The notes under the pieces: model-generated
Told to the model about the DNA's origin: nothing
The model's database searches: none
Seen by the model: only the letters and a program-made list of their open reading frames with translations
Shown: positions 52,584 through 62,583 of the stretch, piece after piece
Position numbering within the stretch: position 1 is the stretch's first letter
How the letters are laid out: every line of letters begins with the position of its first letter
Assembly: GCA_946183365.1 (NCBI GenBank)
Contig: CAMHAH010000016.1
Coordinates: 84 to 64,083, forward strand
DNA: 64,000 nt
Direction: 5' to 3'
Source of the DNA: an uncultured Clostridia bacterium
GTDB lineage: Bacteria > Bacillota > Clostridia > Oscillospirales > Acutalibacteraceae
Made by a program: the position numbers and the translations under genes

Positions 52584-53189
52584 ATGCATATTCCTTCGTC
52601 AGATACCGTAGATATCGAGGTGTTGACCTTTGAAAAGGCTTTGATCAGCACAAACAATGAATATGATAAAGAACGATGGCTGTATGTACCTGATTTCTAC
52701 AGCGAGTACAGGTATATTCTCGGTACAAGGGGAGATACTCCGCTGATATGTATCGGCATCAATCCATCTACTGCGGCACCCGACGATCTCGATAATACCT
52801 TGAAAAGCGTTGAGCGTATCGCTCATTCAAACGGTTATGACAGCTTTATCATGTTCAATGCTTATGCTCAGCGCGCTACTGATCCCGACGATATGGAACG
52901 AATATGTAACGAGCTTCTGCATGAAGAAAATATGAAGGCATTTGAATATGTTCTTAACCTCAGTAAGGATAAGCCCGCTATATGGGCGGCGTGGGGGAAT
53001 ATAATCGAAAAACGTCCGTATCTTCCCGATTGTGTTCGCTCAATGATCGAAATAGGCAATAAATATGATGCCGTTTGGTATTCGGCGGGTAAAATATCCA
53101 AGAAGGGTCACCCTCATCATCCTCTTTATTTGAAAAAAGATACTCCGCTGGATATATTTGATATCAATGAGTACATAAATACATTATAA
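52584..53189 (+). CDS. DUF1643 domain protein
   Basis: YRYILGT...ICIGINPSTA...FIMFNAYAQRATDP matches the DUF1643 pattern. ATG at 52584 after AGGAGA; the track start is TTG. Confidence 0.75.
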   Translation: MHIPSSDTVDIEVLTFEKALISTNNEYDKERWLYVPDFYSEYRYILGTRGDTPLICIGINPSTAAPDDLDNTLKSVERIAHSNGYDSFIMFNAYAQRATDPDDMERICNELLHEENMKAFEYVLNLSKDKPAIWAAWGNIIEKRPYLPDCVRSMIEIGNKYDAVWYSAGKISKKGHPHHPLYLKKDTPLDIFDINEYINTL

Positions 53190-53210
53190 TTATGCAGTGT
53201 AAAAGCCCGC

Positions 53211-53240
53211 TCAAAACGAGCGGGCTTTGTTATGCGGATA
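53211..53240. terminator. Bidirectional terminator (DUF1643 gene / ACT gene)
   Basis: 11-bp stem AAAGCCCGCTC/GAGCGGGCTTT. Confidence 0.85.
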
Positions 53241-53251
53241 TTTATACTATA

Positions 53252-53683
53252 TCAAAGCTTAGCCATATCGGCTTCGGTGACAAGTTGTATTCCGTTTTCT
53301 GTAAGGATCTTTTCCGTCTCAGCGTTATCTGCGACACGCAGTACAACATATGCGAACTGTTTGCTTACGGTAATGAAAGCATACATATACTCAATGTTGA
53401 TATTGTTATCTGCAAGGATCTTTACGACCTTAGCCAGAGCGCCGGGCTTATCCTCAAGCGCAACGCCTACGACCTCTGTTATCGATACAAAGCAGTTTGC
53501 TTCATCCAGCGCAGCCTTTGCTTTGTCGACATCGGTTACGATAAGACGGAAGATACCGAAATCATTGGTATCAGCTACGCTCATCGCGCGGATATCTACG
53601 CCGGCCTTAGCGATGGCGTCGGTAACGGTCACGAGAGTACCCTCACGGTTTTCTACAAAAATCGATAATTGTTTGATTGCCAT
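53252..53683 (-). CDS. ACT domain (amino-acid-binding) protein
   Basis: Tandem ACT pattern (LSIFVENREGTL ... VGVALEDKPGAL). AAGGAGA RBS. Confidence 0.8.
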   Translation of the reverse strand: MAIKQLSIFVENREGTLVTVTDAIAKAGVDIRAMSVADTNDFGIFRLIVTDVDKAKAALDEANCFVSITEVVGVALEDKPGALAKVVKILADNNINIEYMYAFITVSKQFAYVVLRVADNAETEKILTENGIQLVTEADMAKL

Positions 53684-53698
53684 ATTTATTCTCCTTTA

Positions 53699-55021
53699 TC
53701 AGATATTGATACCTATCTTTTTACGATTATCAATTACTCTAACGGCCTTACCTTCGCTTCGTACGATAGACTTGGGAGCCACGAGACGGATAGCGGGATT
53801 GATACCGAGCATTTCTTTCATAGCCGCCTGCAGCTGCTTCTCTTTCTTTGTGATAGTCTTAGGAGTATCAGAGAAGTCCTCGGGAAGCATCTCTACCCTT
53901 ATCTCAAATGTATCGGTATTGTTTACTCGATCAACGATGATCTGATAGTTAGGAGCGTAACCCTTATTCAGCAGAACGGTTTCGATCTGGCTCGGGAACA
54001 CATTTACGCCTCTTATGATCATCATATCGTCAGATCTGCCCATCGGTTTCTTCATTTTGATGAAGGTGCGTCCGCATGAGCATTTTTCACGGGTAAGTAT
54101 GGTTATATCGCGTGTACGGTAACGGAGCAGGGGAAAGGCTTCTTTATCAAGAGAGGTGAATACCAGCTCGCCCTTGCTTCCCTCAGGCAATACCTCGCCT
54201 GTATCGGGATCGATTATCTCGGCATAGAAGTGATCTTCGTTGATATGCATACCTGACTGCTCCTCACATTCAAAGGCTACTCCGGGACCGCTTGTCTCTG
54301 TAAGACCGTATATATCATAAGCCTTGATACCCAGTGACTTCTCGATATCTCTGCGCATTTCCTCAGTCCAGGGCTCAGCGCCGAAGATACCTGCCTTGAG
54401 CTTGTTGTCTTCGGGCTTATATCCGCGCTCCTTTAAGCTCTCGCCGATATACGCCGCGTATGACGGAGTGCAGCAGAGGATAGTAGCGTTCAGATCCATC
54501 ATAAACTGGATCTGGCGATTAGTGTTGCCGCTTGACATCGGCAGAGTAAGACAGCCTACCTTATGAGAACCGCCGTGAAGACCGGAGCCGCCTGTAAACA
54601 GACCGTAACCGTAGCAGACCTGTACGACATCTTCAGGTGTACCGCCTGCCGCCACGATAGCTCTCGCCACGCATTCCTCCCACATATCTATGTCGTTCTG
54701 AGTGTAGAAGGCTACAACGCGCTTACCTGTAGTGCCTGAGGTCGAATGGATTCGAACGCAGTTATTCAGATCTGTTGCGAGCATACCGTAGGGATATGCC
54801 TCTCTGAGATCGTCCTTGGTGAGAAAGGGTAGTTTTGAGATATCCGCAAGACATTTGATATCCTCGGGCTTTACGCCCTTCTCATCCATTAAGTTACGAT
54901 AATACTCTACATTATCGTAAACGTGCTTTACCTGTTTGATGAGTTTTTCTTCCTGAAGCTTTTTGATGTCCTCGACTTGCATGGTCTCGGCATCCGGCTG
55001 AAAGTAATTGTGCATTTTCAT
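53699..55021 (-). CDS. paaK: Phenylacetate-CoA ligase family protein
   Basis: SSGTTGK AMP-binding P-loop and YGLTE motif. Size and C-terminus typical of PaaK/F390-synthetase-like proteins. Confidence 0.85.
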   Translation of the reverse strand: MKMHNYFQPDAETMQVEDIKKLQEEKLIKQVKHVYDNVEYYRNLMDEKGVKPEDIKCLADISKLPFLTKDDLREAYPYGMLATDLNNCVRIHSTSGTTGKRVVAFYTQNDIDMWEECVARAIVAAGGTPEDVVQVCYGYGLFTGGSGLHGGSHKVGCLTLPMSSGNTNRQIQFMMDLNATILCCTPSYAAYIGESLKERGYKPEDNKLKAGIFGAEPWTEEMRRDIEKSLGIKAYDIYGLTETSGPGVAFECEEQSGMHINEDHFYAEIIDPDTGEVLPEGSKGELVFTSLDKEAFPLLRYRTRDITILTREKCSCGRTFIKMKKPMGRSDDMMIIRGVNVFPSQIETVLLNKGYAPNYQIIVDRVNNTDTFEIRVEMLPEDFSDTPKTITKKEKQLQAAMKEMLGINPAIRLVAPKSIVRSEGKAVRVIDNRKKIGINI

Positions 55022-55105
55022 AACCTCCTTGATTTATTTATTCCGCGGTAGACTTTGATATTTACCCCTTCGAGCCTGCCACAGATCAATACCTTATTTA
55101 GACGT

Positions 55106-55675
55106 TCAGCTGTTATAGCCGAGTTCAAACGCCTTTTTGTTTATCTCAATAAACTGAGGTTTAACACATTTCTCTATAGCGGCTATCCACTTTTCCTTAG
55201 GCATATCGAAGTATTTGGCAAGTCTGCCCATCAATACGATATTGCACGCCTTGGATGAACCCGCTTCATTAGCGAGAGCGAGAGCGTCAATATCATCGAC
55301 GTTGATACCCTTAGCTTTCATCTCTGTGATGATATCAGAGGGATAGACCGCAGATCCGATGATAACCGGCATAGGATCTATCTGTTGAGTATTTACGATG
55401 ATCCTGCCGTCCTTCTTAAGATTGCGGACATATCTTGCGGCTTCGATCTTCTCGAATGAAACGATAAAATCAGCCTCGCCGTCCTCAATAACTGGGGAGT
55501 ATACCTTGTCGCCGAAGCGTACATAGGTAACAACAGATCCGCCTCTCTGGCTCATGCCGTGAACCTCGGATACCTTTACGTCATAGCCTTCATCAACAAG
55601 CAGTCTGCCGAGCAGCTTTGAAGCGAGCAGAGAGCCCTGACCGCCGACACCGACGATCATAATATTCTTAGTCAT
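55106..55675 (-). CDS. iorB: Indolepyruvate:ferredoxin oxidoreductase beta subunit
   Basis: IMIVGVGGQGSLLAS N-terminus. 8-nt overlap with iorA. Confidence 0.9.
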   Translation of the reverse strand: MTKNIMIVGVGGQGSLLASKLLGRLLVDEGYDVKVSEVHGMSQRGGSVVTYVRFGDKVYSPVIEDGEADFIVSFEKIEAARYVRNLKKDGRIIVNTQQIDPMPVIIGSAVYPSDIITEMKAKGINVDDIDALALANEAGSSKACNIVLMGRLAKYFDMPKEKWIAAIEKCVKPQFIEINKKAFELGYNS

Positions 55676-57416
55676 TTACAGGCACCTCGCTTTCAAACGC
55701 GTCAAAGGGACAAAGCTGAGCGCAAACGCCGCAGCCTACGCATAATGTGTCGTCTACAACAGCGTGACCGTCACGGAATGAGATGGACGGACAGCCGAAT
55801 TTCATACATTTCTTACAGCCGCGGCACTTATCGGGATTGACCCACAGCGGCTTTTTGGGCTTAACATATTTGAGGAGCACACAGGGACGGCGTGAGATGA
55901 TGACAGAAGGCTCGTTTTTCGAGAGCTCCTCTTTTACAACTCTCTCACATTCCTCAAGGTTATAAGGATCGACAACTCTTACTGAGTTGATACCGATGCT
56001 GTGGCAAAGATCCTCAAGATTGACCTTACCGGCGGGATCACCCTTGATTGAATAGCCGGTAGTCGGGTTCTGCTGATGTCCTGTCATGCCCGTAATGGAG
56101 TTATCAAGGATAATAACGGTTGAATTGCTCTGGTTGTATGCAATATTTATCAGGCCTGTGACGCCGCTGTGCATAAATGTAGAGTCGCCGATAACACAAA
56201 CGGTTTTGTTCTCGGTCTCTTCGCCGCCCGCTTTGTTAAAGCCGTGGATGCCCGATACCGAAGCGCCCATACAGAGCGTCATATCAAGAGCGTTCAAAGG
56301 CGGAGCCGCGCCGAGAGTATAACAGCCGATATCGCCGAGTACGGTTATCTTGTTCTTGGCGAGAACATAGTACATACCTCTGTGTGGACAGCCTGAGCAC
56401 ATCATAGGAGGACGTACGGGGATATCTGTATCAAGCGCGAATACTGTCTTGTCAGCCATATCGAAAGCCTGCTCAATGCTCTTCTGGCTGAACTCTCCGA
56501 GGATAGAGAACTTATCCTTGCCGATGACGTCAACTCCGATATTTCTGCAGTGAGTTTCTACGATAGGATCGAGCTCCTCTATGACGTAGACCTTTCCGAC
56601 CTTAGCTGCAAAATCCTTGATGAGCTTTACGGGAAGAGGATTTATCATGCCGAGCTTAAGGACTGCAACGCTGTCGCCGAAGGCTTCTTTGACATACTGA
56701 TATGAGGTCGAAGAAGTGATGATACCGAAGTCATGACTGTCGTCACCGTCCTCAATACGGTTAACGGGAGAGGTCTCGGCATACTCGGTAAGTTTCTTGG
56801 TGCGTTCTTCAACGAACGGATGGCGCTGTATAGCGTTACCGGGGGTCATGATGTATTTATGAGGATTTTTGGTATATTCCTTAGTGACCTCTTTGCGCTC
56901 ACCGATCTCAACTATACTCTGAGAGTGAGCGACTCTTGTACACATCTTGAGCAGAACAGGTGTATCGAACTGCTCTGAGATCTCATAAGCGAGCTTGGCG
57001 AAGTCCAGCGCCTCCTGAGAGTCCGAGGGCTCGAGCATGGGGATCTTTGAAGCGATAGCATAGTGGCGCGAGTCCTGCTCGTTCTGAGAGCTGTGCATTC
57101 CTGGATCATCCGCTACACAGATGACAATACCGGCGTTCACACCTGTATAAGACATAGTGAACAGGGGATCGGCGGCTACGTTCAGACCGACGTGCTTCAT
57201 ACAGCAGGCGGAACGCTTACCGCGCAGAGCTGAGCCGAAGGCAGCCTCCATAGCAACCTTTTCATTCGGAGCCCATTCGCAGTACGCGTCGTCGTTTTTT
57301 GCGAAAAATTCTGTGATTTCTGTACTTGGCGTACCGGGGTAGCTGGATATCACAGCGCAGCCTGCTTCGTACAGACCGCGAGCTACCGCGGCATTTCCTA
57401 TCAAAAGTTCTTTCAT
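55668..57416 (-). CDS. iorA: Indolepyruvate:ferredoxin oxidoreductase alpha subunit
   Basis: TPP-binding GDSTF.HSG and C-terminal 2x[4Fe-4S] CxxCxxCxxxCP motifs. Confidence 0.9.
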   Translation of the reverse strand: MKELLIGNAAVARGLYEAGCAVISSYPGTPSTEITEFFAKNDDAYCEWAPNEKVAMEAAFGSALRGKRSACCMKHVGLNVAADPLFTMSYTGVNAGIVICVADDPGMHSSQNEQDSRHYAIASKIPMLEPSDSQEALDFAKLAYEISEQFDTPVLLKMCTRVAHSQSIVEIGERKEVTKEYTKNPHKYIMTPGNAIQRHPFVEERTKKLTEYAETSPVNRIEDGDDSHDFGIITSSTSYQYVKEAFGDSVAVLKLGMINPLPVKLIKDFAAKVGKVYVIEELDPIVETHCRNIGVDVIGKDKFSILGEFSQKSIEQAFDMADKTVFALDTDIPVRPPMMCSGCPHRGMYYVLAKNKITVLGDIGCYTLGAAPPLNALDMTLCMGASVSGIHGFNKAGGEETENKTVCVIGDSTFMHSGVTGLINIAYNQSNSTVIILDNSITGMTGHQQNPTTGYSIKGDPAGKVNLEDLCHSIGINSVRVVDPYNLEECERVVKEELSKNEPSVIISRRPCVLLKYVKPKKPLWVNPDKCRGCKKCMKFGCPSISFRDGHAVVDDTLCVGCGVCAQLCPFDAFESEVPVND

Positions 57417-57434
57417 TTATATCACCTTACAAAT

Positions 57435-58736
57435 TTATTCATTGCGAAGATCAACGATCCTCTTAGCCTTGCCCTGGAAACGCTCAAGGGTCTTGGGGGC
57501 TACAAGAGTAACCTTGGTTCTCAGACCTAAGATAGACTGCATCTTAGCTTCGATCCTCTTTTTGAGGTTATCGAGCATCTGATAGTTATCGAGCAGAGCC
57601 TCGTTGATGACCTCGACTTTTATCTCGAGGTTATCCTTGTAGTTCTCACGGGTTATGAACAGCATATAGTGAGGAGCTATATCGGGGATATTGATCAGGA
57701 TATTCTCGATCTGAGTGGGGAAGACGTTAACGCCCTTGATGATGAGCATATCGTCGGTCCTGCCCATGGTCTTAGCCATACGGCAGTGAGTTCTGCCGCA
57801 TGAACAGGGCTCATATGTAAGCTTGGTGATGTCCTTGGTGCGGTATCTGAGCACCGGCATTCCCTTGCGTGTAAGGGTGGTGACTACCAGCTCGCCGACC
57901 TCGCCCTCGCCTAAGCGCTTGCCTGTATCGGTGTCGATGATCTCGGGCAGGAAGTGATCTTCAGCAAAGTGCATACCGTCTCTTGCTGTACAGTCGCCCG
58001 ATACTCCGGGACCGCCCAGCTCGGTCATGCCATAGTTGTCTGATACTCTGATGTTGAAGTTGCGCTCGATCTGATCGCGCATAGCCGGCGTACAGGGCTC
58101 AGAGCCTAAGATACCGAGCTTCAAGCTGTAATCGGAAAGCGGATATCCGGCTTCTTTGATAGCCTCAGAGAGATATACCGCGTATGAGGGGGTAGCTACC
58201 AAGCCTGTAACGCCCCAATCGCGCATCATCATGAGCTGTTTTGCTGTATTGCCCGAGGAGGCGGGGATTACGGTCGCGCCGATCTTCTCCATACCGTAGT
58301 GAAGTCCCAGAGCGCCTGTGAATAGTCCGTAGCCGAAGCTGATCTGGATTATATCGTCGGGTGTTACACCGCCGGCGCAGGCTACACGCGCTACGCAATC
58401 AGACCAGATATCAAGATCCTCTTTAGTATAAACGCCTGTAGTGGGCTTTCCGGTAGTTCCTGATGAAGCGTGGATACGCACAATATCCTTCATATCGGCT
58501 GCCATCAGACCGAAGGGGTAATTATCTCTGAAGTCATCCTTTGTGGTAAAGGGGATATACTCAATATCCGACAGAGCCTTGATCTTAGAGCCGTCAAGCA
58601 CGCCGCATTCGGTAAGGCGCTGATGATAGAGCGGTACGTTGTCGTAGCAGTACTTGACTACCCATTTAAGCCTTTCAAGCTGGATAGCTTCGATCTCTTT
58701 TCTCGGTAAGGTTTCGATGTCCTTTTGAAAAATCAT
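57435..58736 (-). CDS. paaK: Phenylacetate-CoA ligase family protein (second paralogue)
   Basis: SSGTTGK and YGMTE motifs. Start re-set to MIFQKDI; the track start adds 27 implausible residues. Confidence 0.85.
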   Translation of the reverse strand: MIFQKDIETLPRKEIEAIQLERLKWVVKYCYDNVPLYHQRLTECGVLDGSKIKALSDIEYIPFTTKDDFRDNYPFGLMAADMKDIVRIHASSGTTGKPTTGVYTKEDLDIWSDCVARVACAGGVTPDDIIQISFGYGLFTGALGLHYGMEKIGATVIPASSGNTAKQLMMMRDWGVTGLVATPSYAVYLSEAIKEAGYPLSDYSLKLGILGSEPCTPAMRDQIERNFNIRVSDNYGMTELGGPGVSGDCTARDGMHFAEDHFLPEIIDTDTGKRLGEGEVGELVVTTLTRKGMPVLRYRTKDITKLTYEPCSCGRTHCRMAKTMGRTDDMLIIKGVNVFPTQIENILINIPDIAPHYMLFITRENYKDNLEIKVEVINEALLDNYQMLDNLKKRIEAKMQSILGLRTKVTLVAPKTLERFQGKAKRIVDLRNE

Positions 58737-58865
58737 TGTCAACATTTCCTTTTTCTTTTTTATACGCAATAAGCGTACAGATAAATATATTATAACGCAA
58801 AAGAAGCCTAAAGGCAAGTGTTCTTCAGACTTCTTTCGATAATATTTGCGATTATTATGCTTTTA

Positions 58866-60443
58866 TTATTTCTCGTCTATCGAGTGCTTTGATGTGACGG
58901 TATGCGTCTTATTATAGCAAGAGAATATCTGTTCAACACGTTCTTTATCCTTAGCCGGCGCTATACACGCGATGATCGGTGTAATTACAATACCGAGTAT
59001 CATCGCCAGCATACCCGCGTTGATGGGTGACTGGAAGTAGGTGAGCACGGGATTTGAGAACTTTACACCTGCCATATTGCAGATGAAAGAAGCGAGCGAG
59101 ATGCCTACGCCCATAATGTAATTGATCCACACTGCGATCTTGGGTACACGCTTCATGTACAGTCCGTACATGAACGGAGCGAGGAAGGCTCCCGCCAGAG
59201 CGCCCCATGATACGCCCATCATCTGTGAAATAAACATTACGGGAGAGCTTGCCTGGATGATAGCGATGACCGCAGACAGAGCGATGAAGAATACGATGAA
59301 GATACGCATAATGAGCAGCTTCTTCTTTTCTTCCATAGGTTTCTTTTTATAGAATACGGGATCGATAAAGTCGATAGTAAGAACTGAGCTCGATGTAAGT
59401 ACAAGGCTTGACAGCGTACTCATGGAAGCTGAGAGAACAAGGATCACAACTATACCGATAAGGATAGGTGAGAGGTTCTCGAGCATCGTGGGTACGACGG
59501 CATCAAAACCGCCTACAGGCTTGCCGTCAGCTCCGGCTTCACCGAACAGTCTGCCGAAGCCGCCGAGGAAGTAGCAGCCGCCGGCTACGATGATAGCGAA
59601 AATGGTAGAAACGATTGTACCGGTGCTGATGGATTTCTCGGATTTGATTGCATAGAACTTCTGGACCATCTGCGGCAGACCCCATGTACCTAAGGAAGTG
59701 AGAATGACAACGCCGATAAGACCGAAGATATCGGGACCGAAGAAAGATGTGAAAGCGCCCTTCATCTCAGTGCCTTCAGCCTGGATCTGAGAGAGCATAG
59801 TGATAGTAGAGCCTAAGCCGCCGTTTATTCTGAGTACCGCCCAAATAACCGCGACGATACCGAACAGCATGATGATACCCTGGATAAAGTCATTGATAGC
59901 GGTAGCCATATAGCCGCCGATAACGACATAAATTCCGGTCAATACAGCCATAGCGATTACGCAGTAAGCGTAGGGGATACCGAACGCCATATTGAACAGA
60001 CGAGAGAGACCGTTATAAAGAGAAGCGGTATAGGGAATAAGAAATACAAAAATGATAACAGCCGCGGCGATCTTGAGAGCCTTGCTGTCGTATCTCTTCA
60101 TAAAGAAGTCGGGCATTGTAGCTGTATCAAGATGCTGGGTCATAACCCTTGTACGTCTGCCCAGTACATTCCACGCGAGCAGCGAGCCGATGAACGCGTT
60201 ACCCAGACCGATCCAGGTTGAAGCCATACCGAACTTCCAACCGAACTGACCCGCGTAACCGACAAAGATTACCGCTGAAAAGTATGAGGTACCGAAGGCG
60301 AACGCCGTCAGCCAAGGGCCTACGGAACGGTTGCCAAGTACAAAGCCGTTTACGTCTGTGCTCTGCTTTCTGCAGTAGATACCGACGCCGATCATAATGG
60401 CAAAGAATACTACTAAGAAAGCGATTTTGATAAACATATCCAT
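58866..60443 (-). CDS. Sodium:solute symporter (SSS) family transporter
   Basis: About 13 TM helices with an SSS-like profile. AAAGGAG RBS. Confidence 0.75.
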   Translation of the reverse strand: MDMFIKIAFLVVFFAIMIGVGIYCRKQSTDVNGFVLGNRSVGPWLTAFAFGTSYFSAVIFVGYAGQFGWKFGMASTWIGLGNAFIGSLLAWNVLGRRTRVMTQHLDTATMPDFFMKRYDSKALKIAAAVIIFVFLIPYTASLYNGLSRLFNMAFGIPYAYCVIAMAVLTGIYVVIGGYMATAINDFIQGIIMLFGIVAVIWAVLRINGGLGSTITMLSQIQAEGTEMKGAFTSFFGPDIFGLIGVVILTSLGTWGLPQMVQKFYAIKSEKSISTGTIVSTIFAIIVAGGCYFLGGFGRLFGEAGADGKPVGGFDAVVPTMLENLSPILIGIVVILVLSASMSTLSSLVLTSSSVLTIDFIDPVFYKKKPMEEKKKLLIMRIFIVFFIALSAVIAIIQASSPVMFISQMMGVSWGALAGAFLAPFMYGLYMKRVPKIAVWINYIMGVGISLASFICNMAGVKFSNPVLTYFQSPINAGMLAMILGIVITPIIACIAPAKDKERVEQIFSCYNKTHTVTSKHSIDEK

Positions 60444-60489
60444 GATTGTTTCTCCTTTTAGGATTTTATTGCATGGGATTGATCCCGAA

Positions 60490-61320
60490 TTATATATTGA
60501 GCAGTTTTCTCGCGTTGCCGCTGAATATCATGTCTTTCTCGGTATCAGAGATACCTTCAAGTTTTCTGAACCTCTCGACATACGCCTTTTGATCGTTCCA
60601 CGGACAATCTGTCGCGAAAAGTATCTTATCCGCTCCGTGATTTTTGATAACTCTGATTATATCTTCATCTTCAGCGTTGCTGAAGTTTCCGAGATCAGAG
60701 AAAGAACAGCTGATATCTATATAGCAATTCTCTCCGACCAGATACTTTTCTACATCGCTCAGCAGTCTGTTGCCGCCGAGGTGAGCAAATATAAAGAAAG
60801 GTTCATCAAACGGTGATATCTCCCAAACTCTGTCGAGCATATACTTTCCTTTGTCCGGAGGACAGTGGATAGTGCTGTAAGCGGGATCCTTACCGGCGTG
60901 GGTTATCACGAGAAGACCGAGCTTATGAGCCTTGGCTATTATATTGATATATCTTTCGTCATCTATGAAGGTCTCAGTGTAATCCGGATGTATCTTTATT
61001 CCCTTAAAGCCGTTATCCTTGAGATAGCTCAGCTTTTCAAAAACATCATCATCATCGGGGTGGATACCGCCGAATGATATCAGATTTTCATGATTATCAT
61101 TGATAGACTTCGCAAATTTGGTAATGCTGTCAAACTGTCCTTTTCTGGTATTGACAGGGAGGATGACGCTTATATCCGTTCCGGAACGCTCCATACTTTC
61201 GAGCAGTCCGCCGAGTGTACCGTTTGTGTGCGCTTCAACATCCGCGACATTTCCGAGAGCCTCCATGGTTCTCTCAGCTATCTTATCGGGATATACATGG
61301 GTATGAAAGTCGATTATCAT
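60490..61320 (-). CDS. Amidohydrolase-fold metal-dependent hydrolase
   Basis: IIDFHTHVYP N-terminal HxH motif. Start re-set to the ATG at 61320 (AGAGGA upstream). Confidence 0.7.
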   Translation of the reverse strand: MIIDFHTHVYPDKIAERTMEALGNVADVEAHTNGTLGGLLESMERSGTDISVILPVNTRKGQFDSITKFAKSINDNHENLISFGGIHPDDDDVFEKLSYLKDNGFKGIKIHPDYTETFIDDERYINIIAKAHKLGLLVITHAGKDPAYSTIHCPPDKGKYMLDRVWEISPFDEPFFIFAHLGGNRLLSDVEKYLVGENCYIDISCSFSDLGNFSNAEDEDIIRVIKNHGADKILFATDCPWNDQKAYVERFRKLEGISDTEKDMIFSGNARKLLNI

Positions 61321-61591
61321 TTGTTTCCTCTTTCTTAATTGCTGCAAAAGATATACTTTGACTTAATTTCACAGCCTCATTATTTTAACACTTCAACGTT
61401 TTAAAGTCAAGAAGATTTAAAGAATTAAAGATAATTATTCCGTACAAAAATCGACTTGATATTCTGTGCAATATGTATATAAGCAGATAGTGAAGAGATT
61501 ATAATAATATAATTCTTTGGGTTTATTGATTTTTGAATAATTTATGCTATTATATTAATGTAATTTACAATTAATAAAGGAGTTGTTTATC

Positions 61592-62554
61592 ATGGCAATC
61601 AATTCTCGTAAGGTGGCTATAGTAGGCTGCGGATTTGTTGGCTCATCTACCGCGTTCGCGCTTATGCAGAGCGGTCTGTTCTCAGAGATAGTTATGCTCG
61701 ACGCCGATATGGCTAAGGCTGAGGGCGAGGCTCTCGATATTTCTCACGGCGTACCTTTTTCAAAGCCTTGTGACATTTACGCTGGCGATTATGACGATAT
61801 AGCCGACAGCGCTATTATTATTGTTACAGCCGGAGCAGCTCAGAAGCCGGGCGAGACCCGTCTTGATCTTATCAAGAAGAATGTCGGTATATTCAAGTCT
61901 ATAATCCCTGAGATCGCTAAACGCAATTTCAAGGGTATCCTGCTGATCGTGGCGAACCCCGTTGATATCCTGACCTACGCGGCTAAGCAGCTTTCGGGTC
62001 TGCCCGATAATCGAGTGTTCGGATCCGGTACCGTACTCGACTCAGCGCGCCTGCGTTTCAATCTCAGCGAGCACTTAGGTGTTGACCCGCGTTCTATCCA
62101 CGCTTTTATTATCGGCGAGCACGGCGACAGCGAGTTCCCGGCGTGGAGCAGCGCTAATGTTTCGGGTATTGAGATCAGCCGTTTTTGTGAGATGCGCGGA
62201 TACTTCCACGACCACGATCAGGCTAAGGATAATATAGCGGACGAGGTCAAGAACGCCGCTTATGATATAATTAGCAAGAAGCGCGCTACCTACTACGGTA
62301 TCGCTATGTCAGCTAAGCGTATCTGTGAGGCTATTATAAGAGACGAGAAGAGTATTCTTCCCGTAAGCTCAATTCAGCACGGACGTTTCGGCATAAATGA
62401 TGTAGCTTTGTCTATCCCTGTTATTGTCGGTAAAGACGGTATCGAGAGCGAGGTCCCCTTCGCACTCAATGAGGATGAGATGAAGCAGCTGCGCTCATCA
62501 GCGAAAACACTTAAAGATGTGATCAAGTCATGCGATCTTGATATGGAAGAGTGA
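61592..62554 (+). CDS. ldh: L-lactate dehydrogenase
   Basis: VAIVGCGFVGSS Rossmann motif and IGEHGDS catalytic loop. ATG after AAGGAG. Confidence 0.95.
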   Translation: MAINSRKVAIVGCGFVGSSTAFALMQSGLFSEIVMLDADMAKAEGEALDISHGVPFSKPCDIYAGDYDDIADSAIIIVTAGAAQKPGETRLDLIKKNVGIFKSIIPEIAKRNFKGILLIVANPVDILTYAAKQLSGLPDNRVFGSGTVLDSARLRFNLSEHLGVDPRSIHAFIIGEHGDSEFPAWSSANVSGIEISRFCEMRGYFHDHDQAKDNIADEVKNAAYDIISKKRATYYGIAMSAKRICEAIIRDEKSILPVSSIQHGRFGINDVALSIPVIVGKDGIESEVPFALNEDEMKQLRSSAKTLKDVIKSCDLDMEE

Positions 62555-62583
62555 TCGATACTTGATAACAAGGAGAGATCATT

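Noticed and set aside
61348-61591. Rex operator (TTGTGAA-N6-TTCACAA) upstream of ldh
   Set aside because: Only an isolated TTTCACAG half-site-like string is present, with no properly spaced partner.
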